Shown here in pieces: positions 9,401 through 18,736 of a stretch of 64,000 bases of DNA (within the stretch, counting starts at the first letter, position 1; every line of letters begins with the position of its first letter). The notes below the pieces were generated by a model. The model was not told where the DNA came from. It was given only the letters and a program-made list of their open reading frames with translations, and did no database searches. Origin of the DNA: Candidatus Korobacteraceae bacterium (GTDB lineage: Bacteria; Acidobacteriota; Terriglobia; Terriglobales; Acidobacteriaceae); NCBI GenBank assembly GCA_050015355.1, contig JBEKBO010000017.1, positions 359-64,358 on the forward strand, in the 5' to 3' direction. Made by a program: the position numbers and the translations under genes.

Positions 9401-9581
9401 AAACCTGCATGTTGCGAACGCATCCGAACGCGCGGTGAAGCCTGTCAAACTACCCGCGCGGCACTGTCGACAAGGTTTTTGGCGCATTTCCCGATCTGCG
9501 CGATATGCTATGTACGACTGTGGGAGGCGGGTATTCGCCTCCTGTATACAGAAAACAATTTTGCATCAGGAGGGACATGGT

Positions 9582-10706
9582 ATGAGACGGTTTGCAGTGA
9601 TTACGGCCCTGATCGTTGGATTTTTTATCTCTATGCCAGCTACCGCGTTTTCTCAGGCCATCGAGAATGAGTTCTATCTCATCACCCCTGTATCCAAGGA
9701 TGTCCATGATCCGATGTTGAAGGCGTTCGCGGCCTATGCAAAGAAGAAATGGAACGTGGACTTGAAGACCAGCGCCATGCCGCAAGGCACGCCGGTCGCC
9801 TATGGCCAGATCGTGGAGTGGAAGGGAAGACCACAGGCGGACGTCTTCTGGGGCGGCGAGGGGATACTTTTTGACAAGCTGGCAAAGCAAGGGCTGCTTG
9901 AAAAACTACAGGTTCCCGACAAGATGTGGCGCGAGATTCCCGCCGGGATCGGCAAGCCTGTGAGCCTACCTCTCAAGGATCCAAAAAAGTTCTGGGTCGG
10001 AACGATGCTGGAACCGTACGGGATTATCTATCAGCCGAAACTTCTCAAGCGTCTCGGCGTGGAGATTAAAGACTGGGATGACCTTCTCAATCCGAAGCTG
10101 AAAGGCCAGATCGCACAATGCACCCCCGACAGATCCAGCAGCAGCCATGCTTCCTATGAAGTCATTCTCCAAACCTATGGCTGGGCAAAGGGCTGGGAGT
10201 GGCTGACGAAGCTTTCGGCGAACACGGGAATTTTTACAGCTCGCTCCCGCGACGTACCGAATGTGGTGTCCAAGGGAGAATTCGCCGTTGGCTTTGCGGT
10301 GCCGAGCTATATGGCCTTTGCCGAGGTCCTGAATGGTTATGACGTTGCATTCGTCTATCCGAAGAATGCCTATGTGACACCCGAACCCATGGCTGTGTTG
10401 AAGGGGGCGCCTCACGTGAAAGCCGCCCATGCCTTCATCGAATTTTTGTTAAGCGAAGAAGGTCAGAAGCTTGTCTCCTCCATGGGAGTCTATCCGATTA
10501 CCGCCAAGTATAAGGTTCAGGGCCCTGCCGGCTCCAATCAGGAAAAGGCCGTGGCTTTCACCGGCGGGATTCGGTCCTTCTTCGATATTCCGGTCGGCAA
10601 TATTTACAACGACAGTGTTGCCGGCGGGCCGAATCGGGACGAAGAAGTGAATGCCTACTTCCGCAAGGAAATCGCGGAGAAGCATAAGGACCTCGTTAAG
10701 AGATAA
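9582..10706 (+). CDS. ABC transporter periplasmic substrate-binding protein (Fbp/PotD-like type)
   Basis: The ATG at 9582 follows AGGAGGGA. Signal peptide MRRFAVITALIVGFFISMPATAFSQA. Adjacent ABC ATPase and permease genes. Confidence 0.85.
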   Translation: MRRFAVITALIVGFFISMPATAFSQAIENEFYLITPVSKDVHDPMLKAFAAYAKKKWNVDLKTSAMPQGTPVAYGQIVEWKGRPQADVFWGGEGILFDKLAKQGLLEKLQVPDKMWREIPAGIGKPVSLPLKDPKKFWVGTMLEPYGIIYQPKLLKRLGVEIKDWDDLLNPKLKGQIAQCTPDRSSSSHASYEVILQTYGWAKGWEWLTKLSANTGIFTARSRDVPNVVSKGEFAVGFAVPSYMAFAEVLNGYDVAFVYPKNAYVTPEPMAVLKGAPHVKAAHAFIEFLLSEEGQKLVSSMGVYPITAKYKVQGPAGSNQEKAVAFTGGIRSFFDIPVGNIYNDSVAGGPNRDEEVNAYFRKEIAEKHKDLVKR

Positions 10707-10710
10707 CTGC

Positions 10711-11799
10711 ATGCACATCCACCTGAAGGATGTCGTAAAGAGATTTGGCGCCCTGGAAGCGGTAAGTCACGTCTCCCTGGAAATCCGGGACGGTGAGCTA
10801 TTTACCCTTCTAGGGCCGTCAGGTTGCGGAAAAACGACAATCCTGCGGCTTATCGGCGGCTTCCACAAGCCCGATGAAGGAGAAGTGTACTTCGGCGACA
10901 AAGAGGTATCGGCCATTCCCACCTACCAGCGAAACATCGGCATGGTCTTCCAGAACTATGCTCTCTGGCCGCACATGACGATCTTCGACAACGTAGCCTA
11001 TGGTTTGAAGATCAAGAAGATACCCAAGAAGGAGATATCCGAAAAGGTAAACCGGGTGCTTTCCACAGTCAACCTGACGGGACTGGAAAAGCGCTATCCC
11101 GGCCAGCTCTCCGGCGGCCAGCAGCAACGCGTTGCGCTGGCCCGTGCCCTGGTCCTCAATCCTGATGTACTGTTGCTTGATGAGCCTCTTTCCAACCTGG
11201 ACGCAAAGATACGCCTGCAGGTGCGTGCCGAGATCAGGAAGCTACAGAAGGAACTGGGGATTACCTCCATCTATGTGACCCATGACCAGGAAGAGGCCCT
11301 GACCATCTCCGATCGCATCGCAGTCATCGAGCGCGGGAAGATTCAACAAATCGGAGCGCCCAGGGACCTCTACGAGCGGCCGCAGAATCCATTCGTGGCC
11401 GATTTTATCGGCATCAACAACCTGATCGCCGGCGAGGTGAAGCAGGTCGATGAGGCGGCCGGATTGATGGTGGTCCACACTCAGTTCGGGTTGATTAAAT
11501 GTTTGCCGGACAAACAGCTTCGGGAGGGGGATGCGTGCAAGATTTCCGTTCGTCCCGAGGTTGCTTCCATCGGTCTGCCCGCTGAAGCGCATAACGGCAT
11601 GAACGCGATTTGCGGAACGGTAAGCTTCGCCTCCTACATCGGCAACGCTATTCGCTACGACATCGAACTGGACCGGGACACCATCTTCAGAGTTGACGTG
11701 CAGAACCCCAGGAACCAGCAACCGTTCCCGATCAATGAAAAGGTAAGCGTTAGTTTCCCCATTCGAGTAACACTTGGGATCCCTGTCTCAAAGGGCTAG
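10711..11799 (+). CDS. ABC transporter ATP-binding protein (PotA/FbpC/MalK type with a C-terminal TOBE-like domain)
   Basis: Walker A GPSGCGKTT, signature LSGGQQQRVALARAL, Walker B LLLDEPLSNLD. The ATG at 10711 lies just after the SBP stop. Confidence 0.9.
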   Translation: MHIHLKDVVKRFGALEAVSHVSLEIRDGELFTLLGPSGCGKTTILRLIGGFHKPDEGEVYFGDKEVSAIPTYQRNIGMVFQNYALWPHMTIFDNVAYGLKIKKIPKKEISEKVNRVLSTVNLTGLEKRYPGQLSGGQQQRVALARALVLNPDVLLLDEPLSNLDAKIRLQVRAEIRKLQKELGITSIYVTHDQEEALTISDRIAVIERGKIQQIGAPRDLYERPQNPFVADFIGINNLIAGEVKQVDEAAGLMVVHTQFGLIKCLPDKQLREGDACKISVRPEVASIGLPAEAHNGMNAICGTVSFASYIGNAIRYDIELDRDTIFRVDVQNPRNQQPFPINEKVSVSFPIRVTLGIPVSKG

Positions 11800-11814
11800 G
11801 CTAGGAGCCGGAGC

Positions 11815-13524
11815 GTGAATACCGAGGCGGCGGTGGCGACGAGATCACGAATCCGGCCCGATGTGCGTGTTGGAGAAATCCTCGGCTATGCCGGCATCTG
11901 GAGCTTCTTCATCATTTTTCTGATCTATCCCCTCACCCGTCTGTTTTACGACAGTTTCACTACCGATGACGGGATCTTCACCCTGGGGAACTATTACCAG
12001 TTTTTCACCGATGGCTTCTATCTGAGATCGTTTTACAACTCCATGGTACTTGGCGTTGCTTGTGTGATCACCACCTCGGTGCTCGGCATCGCCATCGCGT
12101 TTCTGTTGCTCCGTTACGATTTCCCTGGCAGGAGGCTTTTTTCCTATCTCACCATCATCCCCATGATCATGCCGCCCTTGGTTGGCGTCATGGGCTTCAC
12201 CTTCATCCTGGGGCGCGCAGGGACGGTCAATACCATCCTCCAGGACTATCTGGGCTTTGAGCAGCCTATCAACTTCATGTACGGGATTCACGGGGTGCTG
12301 CTGGTCGAGACTTTGCACCTCTTTCCGCTGATGACGTTGAGTATCGTGGACGCGATGTCAAAGATATCGCCCTCACTCGATGAGGCGGCCGAGAGCGTTG
12401 GCTCCCGGGGGATTCGCAAATTTTGGGATATCACTTTTCCCCTGACCACGCCGGGCTATGTCACCGGCGCGCTGCTGGTTTTCATCTGGACCTTTGCCGA
12501 CTTCGCGACGCCGCTCGTGGTCGGGGTGGATGATCTCCTCGCCTCACAGGCCTACCTGAATATTGTCCAGTTCGTCGACCGCAGGCTGTTCAAGATGGGG
12601 ATCGTGATCTCGGCGATCATGGTCATTCTGGCTATCGTTTTTCTCATCGTTGCCAAGAAGTATGTGGCCATCAAGGATTACAGTTCGCTCTCTTATTCGC
12701 AGATTGAGCGGAAGAAGCTATCGGTTTCATCGCAGTTGGGTGTCGTCGCCTTTCTTGTCGGCGTCCTGATCTTCGCCTTTATTCCTTATTTCGGGATCGC
12801 CCTCGATTCGTTCGGAAAGGGCTGGGCATTGACGCCGTTTCCCGTCAAGTACACGCTTCAGTATTTCGAGCGCGTCTCGGTTGAGACGCCCAAGTTCATC
12901 CTCAACAGCCTCCTCTACTCGGGCATTTCCGTAGCGATCTGCATCGCCGTGGGAGTTTCGGCGGCGTGGGTCATGGCGCGGACCAAACTTCCGGGCAGAG
13001 AAATCCTCGATTCGTTGACGACGTTGATCCTGGCCCTGCCCGGGACGGGAATCGGCGTCGCTTATATGCGCGCCTTTCGCGACCCGCTGCCTTTCATGGG
13101 TATTCCCCTCATCGGGATGTGGGTCGTCATCCCCATCGTCCTTGGTGTGCGACGCCTGCCTTACACGGTGCGGGGGACATTTGCCTCTTTGTTGATCGTC
13201 CATCGTTCCTTCGAAGAGGCAGCCGAAAGTGTTGGGGCAGCCAAAGTCAAAACCTTCAAGGATGTGACCCTTCCCCTCATCTGGAAGGGAGTGCTCACTG
13301 GCGCCCTGTATTCCTTCATTCTTGCGCTGCAAGAGGCTTCCGCCACGCTTCTGCTGGTCGTCCCCGGCCATGAAATGATGACCGTGGGGATCTTTAATTT
13401 TTATATCGGCGGGTCGGTGAATGAGGCGGCGGCCCTGGGGCTCATTCTGATCATTCTTGGCGCGGTTTGTCTGCTGATCATAAACCGGCTCGCGGGGTCC
13501 AGGATGGGGGGCGTTTTTGGCTAA
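11815..13524 (+). CDS. ABC transporter permease, fused two-domain type (FbpB/ThiP-like)
   Basis: 569 aa, GTG start, about 12 TM segments. Two EAA-like loops (DEAAESVGSRGIRKFWDITFPL and EEAAESVGAAKVKTFKDVTLPL). Confidence 0.9.
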   Translation: MNTEAAVATRSRIRPDVRVGEILGYAGIWSFFIIFLIYPLTRLFYDSFTTDDGIFTLGNYYQFFTDGFYLRSFYNSMVLGVACVITTSVLGIAIAFLLLRYDFPGRRLFSYLTIIPMIMPPLVGVMGFTFILGRAGTVNTILQDYLGFEQPINFMYGIHGVLLVETLHLFPLMTLSIVDAMSKISPSLDEAAESVGSRGIRKFWDITFPLTTPGYVTGALLVFIWTFADFATPLVVGVDDLLASQAYLNIVQFVDRRLFKMGIVISAIMVILAIVFLIVAKKYVAIKDYSSLSYSQIERKKLSVSSQLGVVAFLVGVLIFAFIPYFGIALDSFGKGWALTPFPVKYTLQYFERVSVETPKFILNSLLYSGISVAICIAVGVSAAWVMARTKLPGREILDSLTTLILALPGTGIGVAYMRAFRDPLPFMGIPLIGMWVVIPIVLGVRRLPYTVRGTFASLLIVHRSFEEAAESVGAAKVKTFKDVTLPLIWKGVLTGALYSFILALQEASATLLLVVPGHEMMTVGIFNFYIGGSVNEAAALGLILIILGAVCLLIINRLAGSRMGGVFG

Positions 13525-13593
13525 AGTACGTTCAGCTACGAGCAGATTGGTCATTACATTGACCAGCATGGCTATGATAAGGCGGCGGGGTGA

Positions 13594-14406
13594 ATGTCGG
13601 CTGAAATGATCGGCAAAATTCGCTGCTTTGTTCTTGATATGGATGGAACTGTATATCTCGGCAGCCGCTTATTGCCGGGCGCTCTCGAGTTTATAGAGTA
13701 TCTTCGCCAAACTCAGCGCGACTTTCTATTTGTAACCAATAACTCTTCCCGTCATGCCGGATACTACGCGAGTAAGTTGACGAAGTTAGGGATTAATTGC
13801 GACGCCGCTAACATACTGACTTCCGGAGAGGCGACAGCCTTCTATATCAACACCCTGAAAAAAGGTGCGCGAATCTTTCTACTGGGCACTCCCGAGTTGG
13901 AAGAGGAATTTCAAAGTCAGGGATTTACGCTGACCGCCGATGCTCCGGATTTTGTGGTGCTGGGCTTCGATAAAACATTGACCTACGGCAAACTGGTGAC
14001 CGCCTGCGATTGGATCCGCCAAGGCGTCCCATTTATCGCCACTCATCCGGATCTGAATTGCCCCACCGAGTCCGGGTACATTCCGGATTGCGGCGCGATG
14101 GCGGCATTGATTTCGGCATCGACGGGCGTACAGCCCAAAGTGATCGGCAAGCCGCATCGTGAAATCATCGACATGATCTTGCGCAAGAAGGCTTACGACG
14201 CAGAGCAACTGGCGATTGTCGGCGACCGCTTGTACACCGATATGGCCACCGGATTCAATGCCCGTATCTGCACGGTTCTGGTTCTCAGCGGAGAGACAAA
14301 GCCCGAAGATCTGCGCGCAGCCTCCATGCAACCGCAGTATGTCTGCCGCGATCTGGCGGACCTGACCGAACGATTAATGCGAAGCGACACCCAGCCACGC
14401 CTGTGA
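13594..14406 (+). CDS. HAD-IIA family phosphatase (NagD-like)
   Basis: LDMDGTVYLG, FVTNNSS and GDRLYTDM motifs. Confidence 0.85.
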   Translation: MSAEMIGKIRCFVLDMDGTVYLGSRLLPGALEFIEYLRQTQRDFLFVTNNSSRHAGYYASKLTKLGINCDAANILTSGEATAFYINTLKKGARIFLLGTPELEEEFQSQGFTLTADAPDFVVLGFDKTLTYGKLVTACDWIRQGVPFIATHPDLNCPTESGYIPDCGAMAALISASTGVQPKVIGKPHREIIDMILRKKAYDAEQLAIVGDRLYTDMATGFNARICTVLVLSGETKPEDLRAASMQPQYVCRDLADLTERLMRSDTQPRL

Positions 14407-14877
14407 GAGAGTAGATGACTCTGCCCTGCAAAAGCGTCAACTAGGGCAGCCCGTCGCACTAGGGTAGATATCAGAACTGCCGTTACTCGAATTTACTCCT
14501 GCTTTGCAATTTCAGAAATGCACCAGGCCGGCGGCAACCCGTTCCAAGATACTTGAATCATCCAATCCGATGCCTTCGGCTCAGCGCTTCTTAGGGTCGT
14601 CGAATCCAGACCAGGCCAGTGCTGCAAAAGACATGTCCGTGAAGCAGCCCGGCGGGGGCATGGCTGGGCAGGCTTCTTGTGGCGAAGTCTGCCTGATCAC
14701 TTCCGGCTGACACATCCGGGAGCGACTCACTAATTTCTCCACACGGTCAACACTGCGCGTGCCGGGAACTTCGGCTTCGGTCCGAGTCTCCGCCAGCCTC
14801 TCAACTCGCATCCCTCCAAAGCGCGATTCGATAGAATAGTTAAGATCAGTTAAAACCGAAGTCCTGGTTGACTCAAA

Positions 14878-15597
14878 ATGGCAAAGCTACAAGATGAAGT
14901 GACGGCGTTGATCTTCGATACCTGGGGGACAATCGTTGACTGGCGCGGCAGTCTGCTCAATGAGTTATGCGCCTTCGGGCGGCGGATGGATTTGAAGATC
15001 GACTGGGAGCCATTCTTAGAGGAATGGAGAAGCGCGTACGAGCCGGCGAAGCAGAAGGTCAACAGCGGCGAGCTTCCGTGGACGAAGATGGACGTATTCT
15101 ACCGGCAGGCGCTCGTTCAACTCTTAGCCAAGCACAACATCACCGGCCTTGGTGAAGATGACATCGAGCATCTCAATCGGGCTTGGACAAGAACGCGCCC
15201 CTGGCCAGACTCGGTCGCAGGGCTTACGCTCTTGAAGAGGCGGTACGTTCTCTCCCCGCTGTCGAATGCGAGTTTTGCTTGGCTCATTGATATAGCCAGA
15301 TTCGCTGGTCTTCCGTTTGACTGCGTCATCAGCTCGGAAAATGCACGCTGCTACAAGCCCCGTCCGGAAGTTTACCTGACTGCCGTCAATCTGCTCGGCC
15401 GAAAGCCGGATCAAGTCATGTTAGTAGCCGCGCACAACTACGATCTTCGCGCCGCCCGCTCGCTCGGACTGCGGACTGGATTCATTGCGCGTCCGACGGA
15501 ATTCGGTCCGCGTCAAAACAAAGACTTCCAGGCCGAGGAGAGTTGGGACGTGATCGCGGAGGACATGATCGATCTTGCCAGAAAAATGGGAGCGTAA
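14878..15597 (+). CDS. haloacid dehalogenase type II
   Basis: LIFDTWGTIVDW nucleophile motif, SNA, YKPRPEVY and AAHNYDLRAA motifs. Confidence 0.85.
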   Translation: MAKLQDEVTALIFDTWGTIVDWRGSLLNELCAFGRRMDLKIDWEPFLEEWRSAYEPAKQKVNSGELPWTKMDVFYRQALVQLLAKHNITGLGEDDIEHLNRAWTRTRPWPDSVAGLTLLKRRYVLSPLSNASFAWLIDIARFAGLPFDCVISSENARCYKPRPEVYLTAVNLLGRKPDQVMLVAAHNYDLRAARSLGLRTGFIARPTEFGPRQNKDFQAEESWDVIAEDMIDLARKMGA

Positions 15598-15651
15598 AAA
15601 CCGGCGCGCGCGGCGCAATTCGTGGTGCTCTCCTCAGCGCGGCCGACTATC

Positions 15652-16638
15652 TCAGGAGTTTTGTGGACGGCTGAAATCCGGCAGGTGCACGAGGTCTTCT
15701 CGCGGCACGTCTTCCACGGGGTATCCAGCTTTGCGCCAAGCCGCGAGACCGCCGTTGATCACAAATGCATTGAATGCTCTTTCCCGCAGTAAATGCGCCA
15801 CCCGGGCGCTGGTCGCTTCGCGCAGTCAGGTGCAGTACAGATAGATGTCCTTGTCATGGGCGAGGCGCTTGATCTCTTCCTCCAGGTTATTGGGTTCGAT
15901 GCGAATTGACCCCTGGATGCGCGCGGCGCCGGAGTCGTAGTAACCATGACTACGAACATCGACCACAAGGATCTTGTCCGATCCTTCGGAATGAAGCCTC
16001 TTCGCCAGCTCGTCCACTTGCACGCGGGGCACGACGCGGTATATGCGGCCCTTGCGGTAGAGCAGCATGCGATAGACGACGAACGCGCCGATGGCGGCGG
16101 CCATAACGATCCCGACCGCGTGCCCGGCGACTTGAAAACCGCGGGTGAGGACGACAATAAAGTCATGGAAGAGAAACCCGACACCGCCATACCCCAGGAC
16201 CCATAAGCTGATCCCAATGAGATCGAGCAATACAAACTGGGCAAAGGGCATCTTCATGCTTCCGGCCAGCGGTGGAACCATCGCGCTGACGCCGGGGATG
16301 AACTTGGCGATGATCAGCGTTGTCCGGCCACGCTTGTAGAACGACTCGGCGGATCGCAGGATGCAGGTCTCCGGATTCATGGAAACCTTGCACATGAACC
16401 CCAAAAGTCCCCAGCCCATGTAGCGGCCCAGAACGAAGAGCAGCGAATCGCCCAGCAGCATCGCCGCAAGCGCAACGAGAAACACTGCCGGGGCTTTCAG
16501 GGCTCCTGATGCCGCCGCCGCTCCGCTTCCCACCAACGTCAGCGAGGCCGGCACCGGCACCCCGAGCGACCCCACAAAGACGATCGAGGAGATAATGATG
16601 TAGCCGTGTTGCGCAATCCGGGATAATAAGGCGCCCAT
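15652..16638 (-). CDS. DedA-family membrane domain fused to a rhodanese domain, interrupted by an in-frame TGA at 15826-15828
   Basis: ORF 15826..16638 ends ...DKDIYLYCT-TGA. The same frame continues LREATSARVAHLLRERAFNAFVINGGLAAWRKAGYPVE to a TGA at 15652-15654, which is the missing C-terminal half of a rhodanese fold. Confidence 0.75.
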
Positions 16639-16736
16639 AGGGAGGTGATCCTACTTGTTTGCAGGCCCCTGTCTACTGTTCTATTTCTATCAGGTTTGCG
16701 GCCCCGTGTGGGTAGCCGGGGCATTTGGGAGTAACT

Positions 16737-17528
16737 TCAATTCCCAGGTCTGGCTTTTTTTGCCGGGGTGATCTTGGCAACTTTTTTCTGTCCTCCGCCT
16801 CGCAGAGGATCGGCCGGCTGATATCCGAGCCCGGTCGATAATAGCTCCACCAGCTTCGCCAGCACCTTAGTCCTTGCCCAGTACTTGTCGTTTCCCTCCA
16901 CCAGGCACCAGGGCGCCCCACTCGTGCTGGTCTTCACCAGCATCTCCTCGACGGCTTCCGCGTACGCGCCCCACTTGTCGCGATTCCTCCAGTCCTCATC
17001 CGTGAGCTTCCATGCTTTGTAGCCAACAGCTTTGCGCTCTTCGAAGCGTCGAAGCTGTTCCTCGCGGGAGATATGGATCCAGAACTTTGCCAGGATTGTT
17101 CCAAAATCACGCAATTGCCGCTCGAAGGAATTGATCTCCTTGAAGGCTCGCTTCCATTCCGCCTCGGTGGCGAATCCTTCCACGCGCTCCACCAGTACCC
17201 GGCCGTACCAGGAGCGATCGAAGATCGCCATCTGCCCTCGCTCCGGCAGCCGCCTCCAGAATCGGTAAAGATAATGCCGGGTCTTGTCTTCCCCTTGCGG
17301 AGCGCTGATCGGATAGACGACATAGCCGCGCGGGTCCAGTTTTTCGGTAACTCGCTTGATGACGCCGCCTTTGCCGGCCGCGTCCCAGCCTTCGAACAAG
17401 ACGATCACGGGACGCTGTTGCAGGTAGATCTGGTATCCAAGCTCACGGAGTTGAATCTGCCGCCGCGCCAGCTCGCGCACGTAGGCCTCGCGATCGAGCG
17501 TGCGGGTCAGATCCATTCTTTCCAGCAT
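16737..17528 (-). CDS. polyphosphate kinase 2 family protein
   Basis: VIVLFEGWDAAGKGGVIKRV Walker A-like motif and the FDRSWYGRVLVERV lid motif. Confidence 0.9.
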   Translation of the reverse strand: MLERMDLTRTLDREAYVRELARRQIQLRELGYQIYLQQRPVIVLFEGWDAAGKGGVIKRVTEKLDPRGYVVYPISAPQGEDKTRHYLYRFWRRLPERGQMAIFDRSWYGRVLVERVEGFATEAEWKRAFKEINSFERQLRDFGTILAKFWIHISREEQLRRFEERKAVGYKAWKLTDEDWRNRDKWGAYAEAVEEMLVKTSTSGAPWCLVEGNDKYWARTKVLAKLVELLSTGLGYQPADPLRGGGQKKVAKITPAKKARPGN

Positions 17529-18331
17529 TAGAGTTTCCCTTTGCCCAAGGACTCCATGGCCGCGCGCAGATCGGCGTCGCGTGGCATTCCCTCCGCAGCC
17601 TGGGTCAGAGGCGGCGCGTTCGCCCCCAAGCGCTTTTCCATGGCGGTAATGATGGTCTCAAATACCTTCTTCCGCGCGTGCCATTTCGATGTCGCCTCGA
17701 CGATGGTCCATGGCGCATATTCCGATTCGGTCAGCTCCAGCATTTCCTCGATCGCCGCCAGGTACTTCTCATATTTCTTGTGGCGGTTCCAGTCGGCTCG
17801 CGTCACACGCCAAGCTTCCAGCGGGTCTGCTTCGATCATCCGGAAGCGCCTGCTCTGCTCTTTTTTGCTGATGTGAAGAAAAAGCTTCAAAATGGCGGTG
17901 CCGTCGTCGGCCAGCATGCGCTCAAACTCGACGATGTCGCGAAGAGCCTCCCGCACCGCTTTTTCCGGGACCGCGCGCTCGACGCGCTCCTCCAGCACGC
18001 GGGAGTACCAACTGTGATCGAAGAGGACCATCTCCCCCCGGTTCGGAACTTTCAGCCAGAACCGCCATAGCCAGGGCCGCTGCTGCTCGTAAGTGCGCGG
18101 AGCGGTGATGGGGTAAAGCTTGAAACCGCGAGGGTCCAATCTTTGAGTCAGGGTGCTGATCGTCGTACCTTTGCCGGAGGCATCCCAACCTTCGATGATC
18201 ACAACGGTAGAGACACCCTGGTCCCAGCATGCCTTCTCCAGATCGTAGAGGCGCCGCTGCAGGCCCGGCAGAGCGCGCTTGTATTCTTCCCGTGACAGCT
18301 TTTTCTTCTTCAGGTTAATGTTTTCTAACAT
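17528..18331 (-). CDS. polyphosphate kinase 2 family protein
   Basis: VVIIEGWDASGKGTTIS and FDHSWYSRVLEERV. Start placed at the ATG at 18331 (MLENINL). The stop overlaps the downstream PPK2 start (TAATG). Confidence 0.9.
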   Translation of the reverse strand: MLENINLKKKKLSREEYKRALPGLQRRLYDLEKACWDQGVSTVVIIEGWDASGKGTTISTLTQRLDPRGFKLYPITAPRTYEQQRPWLWRFWLKVPNRGEMVLFDHSWYSRVLEERVERAVPEKAVREALRDIVEFERMLADDGTAILKLFLHISKKEQSRRFRMIEADPLEAWRVTRADWNRHKKYEKYLAAIEEMLELTESEYAPWTIVEATSKWHARKKVFETIITAMEKRLGANAPPLTQAAEGMPRDADLRAAMESLGKGKL

Positions 18332-18544
18332 CGCTGGAAGCTGCCCGCTAAGCTGCGCCGCACCAAAACTTGAATACAGGATTGTACACGCGTTACAGCG
18401 CCCCATCGGCCATAATCAGCGGTCCCAACATGTCTGCCCGGAACGTCTGCCCCAACACGCGCAAACGCGGCGCGTGCCGGGGACCCCCAGAACCGGGCAG
18501 AGCACGGCGCCGTAGCTAGAGTAGTGTCCCGAAAGTTGAGGACA

Positions 18545-18693
18545 CAACTCAGGTGTCATGCTGAGCGCAGCGAAGCATACCAGGAAACTGTCCCACCCCG
18601 CGCCGCCATGGGCTTTTTGATGAAATCCTGCGGCTGCCCTTCAGCCCCATGCCGCGCTGGGATTCTTCGCTCCCCTCGGTCGCTCAGAATGAC
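18545..18693. repeat. MITE-like palindromic element, GTCATYCTGAGCG-termini family (copy B)
   Basis: GTCATGCTGAGCGCAGCGAAGC...GGTCGCTCAGAATGAC. Collinear, with a high match by eye, with copy D at 57280..57481. Confidence 0.8.
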
Positions 18694-18736
18694 ACCCCAA
18701 CCATTTATTTTATTACGCGAACTTCCGAGACAGACC

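Noticed and set aside
14581-14811. 76-aa minus-strand ORF (MRVERLAETRTEAEV...CQPEV...CPAMPPPGC...) in the 470-nt gap between the two HAD genes.
   Set aside because: The GGAGGG lies directly against the ATG with no spacer. There is no recognisable family and the composition is mediocre. I cannot support it as a gene, though the gap is long and deserves a transcriptome check.
15826-15828. Treating the rhodanese TGA as a true gene end, giving a 270-aa product ending ...IYLYCT.
   Set aside because: Stopping here would truncate the rhodanese fold within its active-site loop, while the downstream 57 in-frame codons encode the rest of the domain. The stop is therefore either recoded or a disruption, not the native terminus.
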